Shown piece by piece: positions 25,955-37,651 of a DNA stretch of 64,000 nucleotides. The notes below the pieces were generated by a model, which ran no database searches, was not told where the DNA came from, and was given only the letters and a program-made list of their open reading frames with translations. Made by a program: the position numbers and the translations under genes. This DNA comes from Eremomyces bilateralis CBS 781.70 (taxonomy: Eukaryota): assembly GCA_010015585.1 (NCBI GenBank), contig ML975162.1. One strand, 5' to 3'. Every line of letters begins with the position of its first letter. The first letter of the stretch is position 1.

Positions 25955-27152
25955 GTTTCAATTCTATTGCGCTTTCCAAAAGAGTTCCTCAAGGTTCCAT
26001 GGAGATCCGGGTAGGGTTGTGCAGCAGTGCACATCACATGAATAGACATTCCGTGCGTGCCAAAGTAGGAGCCAGCGACTTTGTCTTTCAAGTGACAACC
26101 AGATGTTCAGTGATGCCTGGGAACGACCAGACGTAGGAAGGATTTGAGACATGGTTGTGCGGAGCAATGAGGTAAAAGGGCCAGACACCGCGCATCTGGA
26201 TCACAGTGTTGGATACCCTTGCGACTCGGAATGTCCACTTTGGGATCCCAAGGCTTTTGAGCATCCATCCGGAACAAGGTGCATATGCCGCCATTCTGGA
26301 CTGAATGGACTGAGCACAATAAAAGGTTTGATGATGCTTGAGATCAATGTAGTTTTTGGGAGGGTGGGGAGGAGGTCCGTTAAATAGACAGCTCCATCAG
26401 GGGAGAACAAGTCAGCAAGTCAGATAATACCTGAATGGTGTTAGTGATGGGGGATGGTGACGAAAAGGGCGATGCATGCACGGCAGAAGGGCGGAGACCG
26501 GGTCACCGGGGTGGTATTGGATCGTTGGCCGCAATATAGCAACTGAAAGGGAGGGCTCTCTTAATACCTTAGGTGTGCTTTGTAAAAAAGGCGATGGATT
26601 TCTGAAATTACCTGGCATTGTGCATAGTCGCCTTTTTGTCCTCCTGAGTCGGGAAATCATCGCCACTTGAGCCACTAGACTTAAGTCACTGATTATTGCA
26701 CAGCCCAGTATGCACTTACCTGTCCACTAACCGTCTAACAACCCCCTATAATACAACTACAATATACTATCGTGCCAGACAAGGCAGACATGAGGCCGAG
26801 AGGGGAAATAAACGAAGGGGTGCGTGACATGTCGGGGAAGAAAGATGAGACGTTGGGACAAGTTTTAAGCACTGAGATTTTGCAAACAAGCAATAGGAGA
26901 TACTTGAAATTAGAGGTTGAGGAATTTAAGCAGATGAACATGCAACATAGCCGCTCAATCTCGTATTTGGACCTAACTGAGAGCCTTAATTCGTCCACTC
27001 AAAACAGTAACCGCACTGCATCCACGGTCAGCTGGGTGGCAATACTGCACCGTACCACATAGACATCATCCCCATCGGGAAGAAACGAATGAAACGCATT
27101 CCTCCAGGCGCTAAGAAACCAACAAGAGTAATCACACGCCCCTCGAACCCCC

Positions 27153-29528
27153 TCACTCAATCAAGAACTGCCGCTCCCTGCCCGCCGCCATCCGGCCATC
27201 CATGCAATGGTGCACATAGGTATCCCCAACCAACGTGAACCGCTCGCTACGGCTGCCAGGCCGCAACACAAACGGCGTCCGAGCCCCCAGTAAGATCACC
27301 ACGAAGTCGCCGCTCTGCATGCCCTCGGGCCCGATGCCCACTCGCCCCCCGCACGTGCGGAAGAGGCAGCGCCCGCTCATCGTGGTGCCGACGAGCTGGG
27401 CATATTGCCTTGCGTGTTTCGAAAACCGGGGCACGGTGCGCGTGGGGTGCGGTGTGTCCGAATCGGACGAGTCGTTTGGGTCAGAGCGGGCGGGGCGATG
27501 GCGATGGTCAGTGGTGTGGGACCCGAAAAGTTCTCGGAACCCTTTCCAGGCCGATATGCGGAGTTTGTGCTTGCGGCGGGTGAGAACAGCACGATCTCCA
27601 TGGGTCAGATGGAATCCAGTCCCTTCGTAGTGGCCATGGTCTGCGATTAATGTGGTCGCCAGAGCTTTGGCAGAGGGGATAGATTTGAGTTGGGAACTGG
27701 CATCCGGGCTCGAACCAATACCGAGCCCTGCGACCTTGGCCCAGTCCGGAAGGATGTTTATAATCTCGTTAATGCCTAGTGGTCGACTCACGGAGTCGCT
27801 CGTAACGAAGACTGTATCCAGGACAAATCCTTCCACCAACAATTCACCGTGTTCCGTAACCCACATCAATTCGCTTCTCCTGGAATCTGCGTCCATTGGT
27901 ATTCCCGCACTGAACTTGTGGATGCTCACGAATGACTTATGCAGCGGCACTGCACGCCAGTCCGGCATCCAGGACTTCAGGCCACCGTTGCGGGCCTGGT
28001 TCGACTTGAACGTCCCAGCCAGGTGAAGGATATCCAGACCGAAGTCATCGATGGATTGAGAGGCAAACCTGCTGTATAGCTCCTCGGTAGATAGGCCGTA
28101 ATCGAGCCCTTCCGATGCCGATTCGCCATCTGAAATACCAAGTAAGGCTATGATTCGGTCATTATCATCACCACACTCTGCCGCGTGGAAAAGACTTAGG
28201 AAGTCCAAGATTCCGAGCTCCTCGGTCATCGATGGCGTTCGCTTGAGGAAATCGATGTAGCGCAAACTTTCAACCGTGCTTAGTACTGCGCCGTCGAAGA
28301 GCGTGTCGCGCACATGCAGTTGATGGAAGAGTTGGATGGCCGCGGCGAAGTATTCCCAGTCGCATTCTTTTGTTCCACAGACCACCACTGCTCGTTGAGC
28401 GCAGACCAACTCTTGAATGACCCAACGTCGACGGAAGTATTTTCGAAGGAAGAACTGCTGGACATGTCCGAGGTCTGGATGTCCAAAAACGGTTGTTAAT
28501 CGTTCATCAAGGACAGTCTGTGCAGTCTCCGTGGACGGCAGATGCCCGCTCGGGTCACATTCTTTCAACATCCACTTCCCCATACGTTTGATCAATGATA
28601 GTGCCCTTTCGCCTTGTCTTTTGTCTTCGCCAAGCCAGACAAGCACTCGACCTGCGCGGCTGTAAATGTTTGACATTTGCCTGACTTGATGATTCTTTTC
28701 CGCAAAGCTTTCTTGGTCGATGCAGAGCTGGTCGACCCAAAGAATCCTGGATCGATCAGAATATCTTAGACGGCGTAACGCACCGTCCACACTTGCGGTA
28801 ATCGGTTTATAGCAGTAGCTTGGTACTGGGGGGTATTGACCCGAGGGAATTTGATGACGAACGGAGTCATAACAGTACGTAGAATGGTGCATGATATGAC
28901 TGCCCCAAACGTACGAAAGGGCTTCGTAGGATATCCCGTTCGGTCGTATGGAAAGCATATCCAGATCAACATGGAAGAACCGGAACGCAAGGGTGTCTGA
29001 AAGCCTCATTGCTGGGTGTAACTCAATCAACCGTATCGTGTGATTGCCCCTGAGAGGTCGGTAAACGTATCGAGGAATGTTCGCCGGTGCATGCGCTCGG
29101 GGTTCCGTATATGGGACCACCATTTGATTCTCCATTACTCCGCTGCTACTGCGACTACTTGGCCGGAAACTGTCGCCTGCGACGATAAGATCATAACTCG
29201 GGCAGTGCGTGGCTGCAGACACCGATGCAGCCAGCGATTCTCTATCGGACTGCTCGGCGGAAACGACTTCAAAGTCCGAGGATCCATGTGGGGAACTCCC
29301 ATGCCTTGGGACGGCTCTTCTGCTCTTCCGCCAAGGTTGCACTGCTTTCCAATCTTCTTCTTCGGCACCGCTCTTAAACTCCTCGTCGGAGTAAGGCGCC
29401 TCTCGTCTAGGACGGCGTCTTCGAGCAGGTGGCTCTGAACCTGCTCTAGCTCGGCCTCGATGGCGTCGATTCCGTTCAGAGAAATATGCGCCTGTGGCAA
29501 GAGCCAAACCAATACCTATGCGGAGCAT
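27153..29528 (-). CDS. Heterokaryon incompatibility (HET) domain protein, HET-6-like
   Basis: IRLIELHP, YEALSYVWG, LWVDQLCIDQ..EKNHQVRQMSNIYSRAGRVLVWLG, YFRRRWVIQE, SWMPDW, C-terminal GDFVVILLGARTPFVLRP..LVGDTYV. Intronless; start taken at the first ATG and uncertain. Confidence 0.93.
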   Translation of the reverse strand: MLRIGIGLALATGAYFSERNRRHRGRARAGSEPPARRRRPRREAPYSDEEFKSGAEEEDWKAVQPWRKSRRAVPRHGSSPHGSSDFEVVSAEQSDRESLAASVSAATHCPSYDLIVAGDSFRPSSRSSSGVMENQMVVPYTEPRAHAPANIPRYVYRPLRGNHTIRLIELHPAMRLSDTLAFRFFHVDLDMLSIRPNGISYEALSYVWGSHIMHHSTYCYDSVRHQIPSGQYPPVPSYCYKPITASVDGALRRLRYSDRSRILWVDQLCIDQESFAEKNHQVRQMSNIYSRAGRVLVWLGEDKRQGERALSLIKRMGKWMLKECDPSGHLPSTETAQTVLDERLTTVFGHPDLGHVQQFFLRKYFRRRWVIQELVCAQRAVVVCGTKECDWEYFAAAIQLFHQLHVRDTLFDGAVLSTVESLRYIDFLKRTPSMTEELGILDFLSLFHAAECGDDNDRIIALLGISDGESASEGLDYGLSTEELYSRFASQSIDDFGLDILHLAGTFKSNQARNGGLKSWMPDWRAVPLHKSFVSIHKFSAGIPMDADSRRSELMWVTEHGELLVEGFVLDTVFVTSDSVSRPLGINEIINILPDWAKVAGLGIGSSPDASSQLKSIPSAKALATTLIADHGHYEGTGFHLTHGDRAVLTRRKHKLRISAWKGFRELFGSHTTDHRHRPARSDPNDSSDSDTPHPTRTVPRFSKHARQYAQLVGTTMSGRCLFRTCGGRVGIGPEGMQSGDFVVILLGARTPFVLRPGSRSERFTLVGDTYVHHCMDGRMAAGRERQFLIE

Positions 29529-30216
29529 CTCGAGAATAACATGGTTCGCTTGAAAAGGTGTGCGGAGTCTCGTGAACAAATACCTAATGCACTACGGCTC
29601 TCGAGACATACAGAAGCATGTATTAAGATCATTCGTGTTGCTGAAAGAAGATTCGTAACATGCGTGAAAGATCAGCATAAAGTTAAAGATACTCGGTTGC
29701 GAGCAACGATAGAAAGGTCCGTTCAACTCGGCTTCAAACGGAATCCTCTCAAATCCATTGAATTTGCTGCATGAGCCATGAAAGATATGAGAACGATCCA
29801 ACCCCCGCGTCAGGTGAGGGGCGGTGCTGAAACAGTCATGCCATCTGCCAACAACAACACATCAAGTGGATTAAACCAGAGGGGATTTTGCCCTAGTGCC
29901 AGCGAGGTCAACTGTGATTTGATCTTGATGGGAGATTCTGTGCTTTTTATGTCGGGAAAGGCTTGTCGTCGTCCTGACCGGAAACACGAAGCGTGAGGTG
30001 GTCAGGCTGAGAGCTCTGGACATGGGGCGGAGCACACGTGCATGCTGTGTCCTGTCGTCTTGAGCACGATGTCACCTTGGAGGACAGAGTCATCATGGCA
30101 TCGATAGCATTTTGAGATTTGACGATGGGATATCGGATAGCTACACGGACTATTCTTGTACTCTGAATACTTGTACTCTTGTAGTACAATTCGTGACATT
30201 GACCCAACGATCTGGT

Positions 30217-30236
30217 AATGCACTAAACATGATTGG
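30217..30236 (-). promoter_or_regulatory. CCAAT-N12-ATT, matching the CBC:HapX bipartite motif (CSAAT-N12-RWT)
   Basis: Minus strand reads CCAAT catgtttagtgc ATT, upstream of the cytochrome c gene. Confidence 0.5.
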
Positions 30237-30293
30237 CCGCCACATTTCCGTGGCTGTGTAGGTTCTGTGGATCACGTGGCACTTTCCTGCTGC

Positions 30294-30313
30294 CCAATCA
30301 AATCGGTCCCAAT
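30294..30313 (+). promoter_or_regulatory. CCAAT-N12-AAT, matching the CBC:HapX bipartite motif
   Basis: CCAAT caaatcggtccc AAT, ~210 bp upstream of the cytochrome c ATG. Cytochrome c is a classical CBC/HapX target in Aspergillus. Confidence 0.6.
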
Positions 30314-30521
30314 GGTGATGCCGGACTCTGCCGACTTTCCAGGTTTCCTGAACTGGTTTTTTTTAAGTTGCGCTTCATCATTTGACAACCATCTTCTCAA
30401 TTCCATCTTCCCACCCTCTCCGTTCTCCTCATCACCTCGCGTATTAGACTCTCATCGACTCCCGTCCCCTCCATCCTAATAATCGATTCTGACCTTATCG
30501 ACATCTTCCTCAACAGTCAAA

Positions 30522-31212
30522 ATGAGCTTCTCAGAGGGTATGTGGCAAAGTCGAGATAGAATTCGGTGGCGCGATTGAGCTGGACCACGATGCATCATTG
30601 CACCCCGTTTTTAGGATCGTGGGAGTCAATGGCAGAGCAGAGTCTCATCGTAGCTCTGCTCAATAGCATCGTTCTCCACCCGTCCAAGCAGAATCGCTCT
30701 CCTCATTAGCACTTGTTTCTCTATGGACGAATTCGATGGCTGACGCGCTTCTCTCTGCAGGCGACGCAAAGAAGGGTGCCAACCTCTTCAAGGTACGATA
30801 TTGAACCGCTTCGGACTCCAGTGACTTTTCAAAACGGGGAAGAAGCGTGATGGACATAGACTAAGTATTCATAGACTCGATGTGCTCAATGCCACAAGTT
30901 GAAGGAAAGCGAGGGCAACTCCACTGGACCCAATCTTGCCGGGTTGTTCGGCCGTAAATCCGGTCAGGTTGAGGGTTTCTCATACACCGATGCCAACAAG
31001 AAGAAGGGCGTCATCTGGGACACCGACACCTTGGTATGTTCCCATGCGTCGTTGACGAAGCGTGCACACGACCTGGTGCTGACATCCCGCAGTTCGCATA
31101 CCTTGAGAACCCCAAGAAGTACATTCCGGGGACCAAGATGGCCTTCGGTGGTCTGAAGAAGCCGAAGGACCGAAACGACCTCATCACCTTCATGCGTGAG
31201 GAGACCAAATAG
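30522..31212 (+). CDS. CYC1: Cytochrome c (108 aa)
   Basis: Exons 30522-30537, 30761-30792, 30875-31033 and 31093-31212 give [23 protein letters not shown]...GPNL...[21 protein letters not shown] (CxxCH heme motif, Met ligand). Confidence 0.98.
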
Positions 31213-32973
31213 GCTGCACATCCTCCGTACACCGATAAACCACCCGTGGCTCCCATGGGTTTCCATTTCGATATCCTCGACCGATGCGTAGCTTTGGCAT
31301 ATGCATAGACAACAAAAGAGCGTTTCTGTGCGGGTGTTTGAATTTTTCATGTCCTGTGTATAATACCTGTATTCTGCTAGCCTGGCCCCGATTGGGATCC
31401 AGTGTACAGTTCGACGTCATCTCCGCTATCTGAATAGAAGCTTCTGAAACCTTTCAATTGTTGTCTCGTGCGGCTGTCTCTGCGTTATGTTGGCCGTGCC
31501 CATAATTTCCAGTTCCATTGATGCTGCTGTGGTCAAATGTCCTGACGATCGCTGCAACTTATAAGTCGGCTGCGAGCCCTCAATCGCCAACTCGCTGCAG
31601 CGTATCTGCTTCGACTTCCCTCATTCTCAAAGCAATCGGTACCGCGTACTGGATTCCTTAGATCAAGAGGATATCGTGCAACTTTTCCCAGGGACTGTGA
31701 ACCGGGCCAAAACCTTAGTTGAGGAGACCCCAAGCAATGGTTTCAATAAGTTCAAGGCCCTGAGAAGGCAGAGCCAACGTTATCACAGCTGGTGGTGACG
31801 ATGCCTTTCAAGTTTCAGTCCTCTGCTTAGATATACTGAAACCCGATTCGGTGCCTGGATGCAGGGATAATTATTTCCATCCGCTGATCCGCAGATCTGC
31901 GTTAATGACTCTTCTAAGCGGAAGATGTCGGGTGCTTGAAAAGCCTAGCTCCGGGACAAGCCGACGATGCTGCTGAGGAAAAGAAGACGGGACGGAATGG
32001 TTGACGCCGTGGCGTATTCCCGAAAGTCATTCTACGCAAGAATTATTATGGTTATGCAGGATGGATGTGTCAAAATACAACAGTGAAAGTACTAAATGAT
32101 GATGCTGAAATAATCTGGACGCTCTTAGTTAGGCTTGCTCTCCTGATGCGATCCAGCGTGGGGTATCATTGATGCGGGATTCTGCCCCCACAATCCCACA
32201 TGCTTTGCGCTTTGTCTCCCACTGAACGCGTCTCACTTAATAAACGGTGATATCATGTATCAGTTGGATGCAAATCCATCCGTACAGCCGAAGAGCCACT
32301 GCATGATTAGGCCTTTGCTTTAAGCCCAATTCCAAGACAGTCTTCCAGCTTCCTGCAACAAAGGGCTTGTCTTAGCCTGATGCTCCCGTTCCCAGAACCA
32401 CTCACATGTCGCGGTCGTCGCGGGATTTACGTGTTATCCTCTCTCCGCTTCCAACGAGCTGGCAAGTGGCAGGTAACAAGTATTAATAAGATTCCCTTGG
32501 ACCGGACGTTGGTTGTGGAACATCACACACGACTGTAACACGATCGTCATTGGAAAATCTAGAATAATAACACCAATGACCAATGCTCGCTTCTTCACTT
32601 AACAATTAACGGTTGACACTGGAAACATTCTTAAATCGGTTTAACCCGCTGCCGAGGTCTCCGCAACGAAGGGAATCCAGCAACCCGACGTGTTGCGCTG
32701 CCCAATCAGGACTGCTCCTCACATGCTGGACGTCAGTCACGCTACCTACAGGACCTTGCTGTATCTGGAGGCGTCCAGGCCGATGCCTTGTCTTGACTCT
32801 TGACTCAATTCCTCACCCAACTGCCAGAATTATTCCAAACCTTGAACTTGAATTACCCTCGCCCTCCCGCCGGGATATGTGGCAGCATTTCGCCCGTTCC
32901 CTTCCCAGCTTCAGCATTGGATTGATACGACGGACGCAGGGCGCGTGGCCCTGATATACACCCCGCATTCGCC

Positions 32974-34546
32974 ATGATGTGGAGGCGGACGGAGAAGTTG
33001 ATGGACGCCATCTCACATTATGCCACCTTTCCAGCAACCGGAGTGTCGCTGCGGCAGATGGTGCAGTTCGGCGAGAAGCCGTCGCCAGGTGGGTTTGGAC
33101 ATTCTGACTCAAAGAACCGTCGGTCGCTAATCATGCTGCGCTGCGATCAGGTACTCTCTTCCGAGCGTCGCAGTTCCTTTCGGAGGAGTTGCCGATACGA
33201 CTAGCGCATCGCGTGGAGGAACTAGAGAACCTACCCGACGGGTTGAACGAGATGCCTTCGATCCGGAGGGTCCAGGACTGGTATGCGCAGTCATTCGAGG
33301 TAAGAGTCATACCGTCGGAGTGAAGATAGGGCTAAGCAGCACAGGAAATCACCGAGCTTCCAAGACCATCGTTATCTGCAGAAGTAAGGCAGCGTCTCTT
33401 GAAAGCGGGAAGGTCCACCGGAGCACGAGCGTCGGCGATCTTGAGTCAAACGACACCCAACCCCAGTGTGAAGAAAGGCCAGTACCAATCATCACCGAAG
33501 ATAAACGACAATGGAGAGAACAACCACAACGGAAACCACAACAATGGACATAGGGGGATCGCGGCATCTAGGCGATACTATGTCCCAGCGGATGACGGGA
33601 AGGACTGGCCGCTCGAGATCCAAACTTACAACCTCAAATTCGCGGAGACCCTTGAGACAATCAAACGACGGCATGACAGTGTCGTAACCACCGTAGGTTC
33701 GTTAGCGACCCTATGCCTCCACCTATTGACCCCCATCTAACTGATTTTATCGGACAGCCCAAGGCATCCTGGAATGGAAACGGAAGCAGCAACGGATGCA
33801 AATCGACCACAACATCCAAGCCTTCCTCGACCGCTTCTACATGTCCCGGATCGGCATCCGGATGCTGATCGGCCAGCACATTGCCCTCACCGACCAGCGG
33901 CAACGACCTGACCCGAACTATGTGGGCATAATCTGCACGAAGACGAATGTGCGAGAACTGGCGCAAGAGGCGATTGAGAATGCGCGGTTCGTGTGCGAGG
34001 ACCACTACGGACTGTTCGACGCACCGAAAATACAGCTTGTCTGCCAACCGAATATCAACTTTATGTACGTGCCGGGCCACCTGTCACATATGCTATTTGA
34101 GACGTTGAAGAACTCCTTGCGGGCGGTGGTCGAGACGCATGGACAGGATAAGGAGGAGTTCCCCGTTACGAAAGTGATCGTGGCGCAAGGGAAGGAGGAC
34201 ATCACAATCAAGATCAGCGACGAAGGAGGTGGAATCCCTAGGAGTTCGATCCCGCTGGTATGGACGTACATGTATACGACCGTGGATCAGACACCGAATC
34301 TGGACCCGGACTTCAACAAGAGCGATTTCAAAGCACCAATGGCTGGGTTCGGGTATGGGTTACCCATCTCGAGGCTGTATGCGAGGTATTTCGGTGGAGA
34401 TTTGAAGCTGATCAGCATGGAAGGGTGAGGCTCCATACCGCTCTTTGGCTTACACACCGATGGCTGATTTCATGCTCCATAGATACGGCACCGACGTCTA
34501 CCTCCATCTTAACCGCCTATCCTCATCTTCCGAACCCCTACAATAG
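32974..34546 (+). CDS. Mitochondrial pyruvate dehydrogenase kinase (PDK/BCKDK family)
   Basis: FPATGVSLRQMVQFG, FLSEELPIRLAHRV, FLDRFYMSRIGIRMLIGQH, FETLKNSLRA, KISDEGGG, AGFGYGLPISRLYARYFGGDL, GYGTDVYLHL. Four short introns. Confidence 0.96.
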
Positions 34547-35134
34547 CAACTACCGATCATGAGGGGGCGGTCAACCACCGCAACCCGAGGAATGACGCAG
34601 TCGCTACACCAAAAGTCCACGACGGCTACCATGACCATGGCGACCCGGACGATGCAACTGAAACTTCGCCCGCAAGAGCGCGAAGTCAGCGAACGACGGC
34701 AGGTGGGCGACATGGAGGAAATGATGCGTGAAAAGGACGCAATCGAACCGTGGTGGAGGAATGTGGGGATGGAGGAGGGGATGTGAGGTGCGACCAGGCG
34801 TGACGAGTGGTCGTCTGGACGTGGCCCTTTGGGAATGCAGTGGCATTCATGTACACTTTTGCATCTATGGATGGGGATATCTGGGGTACGGTTTAGCCAA
34901 CACGCATGTAGGCCATCATGCGTTGCTATAGTACGTAGCGAAGATTTACGTCTCGACACAAAAGTCGAGAACAACAGTTTCATATCGTGCCTGTCCGCTC
35001 AAATAGCAGTGCGTGTAAAAAATCTGGCTCCTTGCCGATGATTATTCTTGGATTGTCTTTCCCATCATTCCTCCGAAGCGAGAGAGGCATGCCGCACCTC
35101 GACATGTCTCTTCTACTCCAGTTCTCCCTATCAC

Positions 35135-35673
35135 TCACACATCCCACTCCATCCGGTCCCCCTCCTCGCCGTCCTCCCCCCCCTCTCCACTCTCGTCAGC
35201 AACGAACTCCGCGTCCCCCCTCCCACCCCCCTCGGCCCCCCCTCCCGCCTGTTTCCCCTCCCCCCTCTCATACGTCCTCGGATCCAACCGCCTCCGATCC
35301 TCCTCATCCGGCACATACTCATCCTCCCACAACACCGCCTCCCCACCCCCCCCCGCCCCCGCCACCACCCCCTCAAAATACCGCACCGTCTGCGCCAACG
35401 ACTACCAATCTTCAAGTCAGCCCACGATCACCTCACCAAAAGGAGATTACCCACCTCGTTCCGCTGCGCGCTCCACCAGATCAGCACCTCGTTGCTCTCC
35501 AGATATTTGGCTGCCCGCTCGCGCGTCGCTCGGTCGTCGAACGGCTCCGTGGCCTCGAGTGGTCGAGACGGGGATTGGGAGGCGGAGGATTCGGAGGGGC
35601 GGGCATGGGTGCGGGGGCTGCCGCGGGGGGCGCGGGGTTGGAGGAATTGGCGGCGGGGGGTAGAAGGGGACAT
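35135..35673 (-). CDS. Small hypothetical protein with acidic Gly-rich tail
   Basis: Intron 35454-35402 (GTGGGT..CTGAC..TAG) joins RERAAKYLESNEVLIWWSAQRNE to SLAQTVRYFEGVV. Codon usage is strongly biased like neighbouring genes. Confidence 0.7.
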
Positions 35674-36685
35674 GGTTACGGACTGGGAGTGGATGGCGTA
35701 GGACTTAGGTGAGCTGGACTGAGAAGAAACGTCGTTGTTGATGCGTGCCAGAAACGTTTGGAGGATACATATGCGTTTGGAGAAGAGAGTAAGGAGACTT
35801 GGGTTGAAGGATTTCTTCTAATATTGACGAGAGAGATGCGGCGTATCACGTCGTACAACGTCGGGTTTCGACGCCGAGATAACGAAAGCTCGCTGTAGTT
35901 GAAGGCGTCACAAAGACTGCGTACTTGAAACGTAACAATCACTGTCAATTACCATTATTGTGTCCTCTAGTGAGGATGAATGCATCTATCGCAATAGATA
36001 GGTATTTGAATGCTTCATGAAAACGGGGGTTTAATATGAGGAAGCAACTGTTGCACGTCGGAAGATCAAGACCCCTTGAGCACCTGAACCAAGTTTGATT
36101 GGCGGGATTGGAAGAGACTATTTGCTTGTGATATCAAGACTCTTTTGCTTGTTATACCTAAGTAATTACAGATACATATCTAATTGATTCCAGTGAGATA
36201 AACAGACAAGTAATGAAGATTGATATCTCTGGCTTCCTATGAGTCGAATACTATTACCGACTCCACGGGTCTCAGTAAGCCTCACATCTGAATCCTGATT
36301 TCTGCAACATAAGTACTCGCAATGTCAAACCTTACCAGCTCCCTCTAGAGGATAAATCATGGTCACGTTGTCATAGAGCAACGTCAACGTATCATTAGGA
36401 CGATGCGAACTACGAGATGTCCACGTTTAAGAAGGTGCAAGTGTGCAACGCGCAGAATTCACGGCATGCTACGATGTACCTTCCGCTCAAACAGGTCCGT
36501 GCCTTCTAGCTCATGGCCGGATGTGCACGACTCATATCGAAGTGCTTGGGACACAGCGAGAGCCAGAGAAGGGAAGAGAAGAGAAAATGATACTTGTCAC
36601 ACAGTCCGACCGATGCATAAGCCGATTTCGGCCTGTGTCCATTTCTATGCCACTAAGAAAGCCCCGAATGATGCCATCTGAGGAT

Positions 36686-36730
36686 CCATAGCTGAGCCCT
36701 TAGGCCATAGCTGAGCCCTTACGGCATTGC
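36686..36730. repeat. 19-bp tandem duplication CCATAGCTGAGCCCTTA(G/C)G
   Basis: Two near-perfect copies plus a degenerate third seen directly. Confidence 0.8.
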
Positions 36731-37097
36731 TGAACAGGAAATGCATTCGTACCCTCTGTGCAGCTCTATGACAACAGTCCCAGGATTAGTATACGATCGA
36801 TGGGTGATCGATGTGATCGATCAGAGGCAGAAAAGGCCCATGTGCGTCGTTGCTGGTCAGCGTAGGTGTCGACGCAAAAAATATCGATCTCTGTGTAAAT
36901 GAGAGTCGTGGGGGAACGTGGAGAGGAACCGCCGTGATGCTAGAAAGTCGATGAACCCCGGAATGCGTGGAAGGTTGTTCGTGTCGTGTTCCGATTGGCA
37001 TACCCTCCTCATCCCGCGCAAATTGCTCCCAAACTCCGTATTGCTCCGTCCCACAGCGATCGTTCGGGTTTTCTCATCGAGGTCGCCGAGCCGCCGC

Positions 37098-37651
37098 CTA
37101 GCACCGGTGCATCGTACACTTCCTCAACGCCTCCAGCAGTTCCGGTCGGTCCGCCAACGCCGTCTCGGCCTGCGAAAAGGTCATCCACGCCCGAGCGCGA
37201 TGCATCTCAGGCCAGTTGTCCTCCTGCTTCTGCACCGTCGCCTCGAAGAAGTGGTAGTGGGCCTTCTGAGTTGCTCCGCTCTTTTCCCCGATCGCTCCCA
37301 GGTCGTAGGTCACAGTACAAACGATGCCTGCCTCTTCCCATGCTTCGCGGCACGCAGCATCAGCAGCCGTTGCTTCGTCGGTCTCCCAACCACCCTTTGG
37401 AAGAACCCAGCCTGGACGGCTGTTGGACGCAATCAAGAGGACGTAATATTTATCTTCGGAGAGGGGAACGACACCGGCAACGAGCCGTTCACCTTGAGGT
37501 CCATAGCCTATGATGATGTGAGTTTCTGAGCTAGATGCCAGAAAGATTTGGAGACGGAAGGGGGGAGGATATGTTTGCTGCGAGATGCTAGATACGTACG
37601 TTGATTCGTCCTGCCAGTTCGCGCCTCCATGGTCCGCGCACCTTGAGCCAT
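37098..37651 (-). CDS. Nudix hydrolase, diphosphoinositol polyphosphate/diadenosine polyphosphate phosphohydrolase (Ddp1/Aps1-like)
   Basis: MAQGARTMEARTGRTNQR|YGPQGERLVAGVVP (intron 37599-37508); Nudix box WVLPKGGWETDE..AACREAWEEAG; WPEMHRARAW. Confidence 0.93.

Noticed and set aside
26034..26115. Possible a-factor-type pheromone ORF (CAAX) near the Est1-like gene: minus-strand ...TECLFM* at 26048-26034 and plus-strand internal CSVM at 26104
   Set aside because: CLFM has no in-frame ATG after the upstream stop, and CSVM is not terminal. A partial manual scan of the flanks found no convincing Met...CAAX-stop ORF.
36686..36730. CRISPR-like interpretation of short direct repeats (also 62304-62350 and 38250-38295)
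   Set aside because: These are tandem repeats without unique spacers, in eukaryotic DNA with no cas genes.
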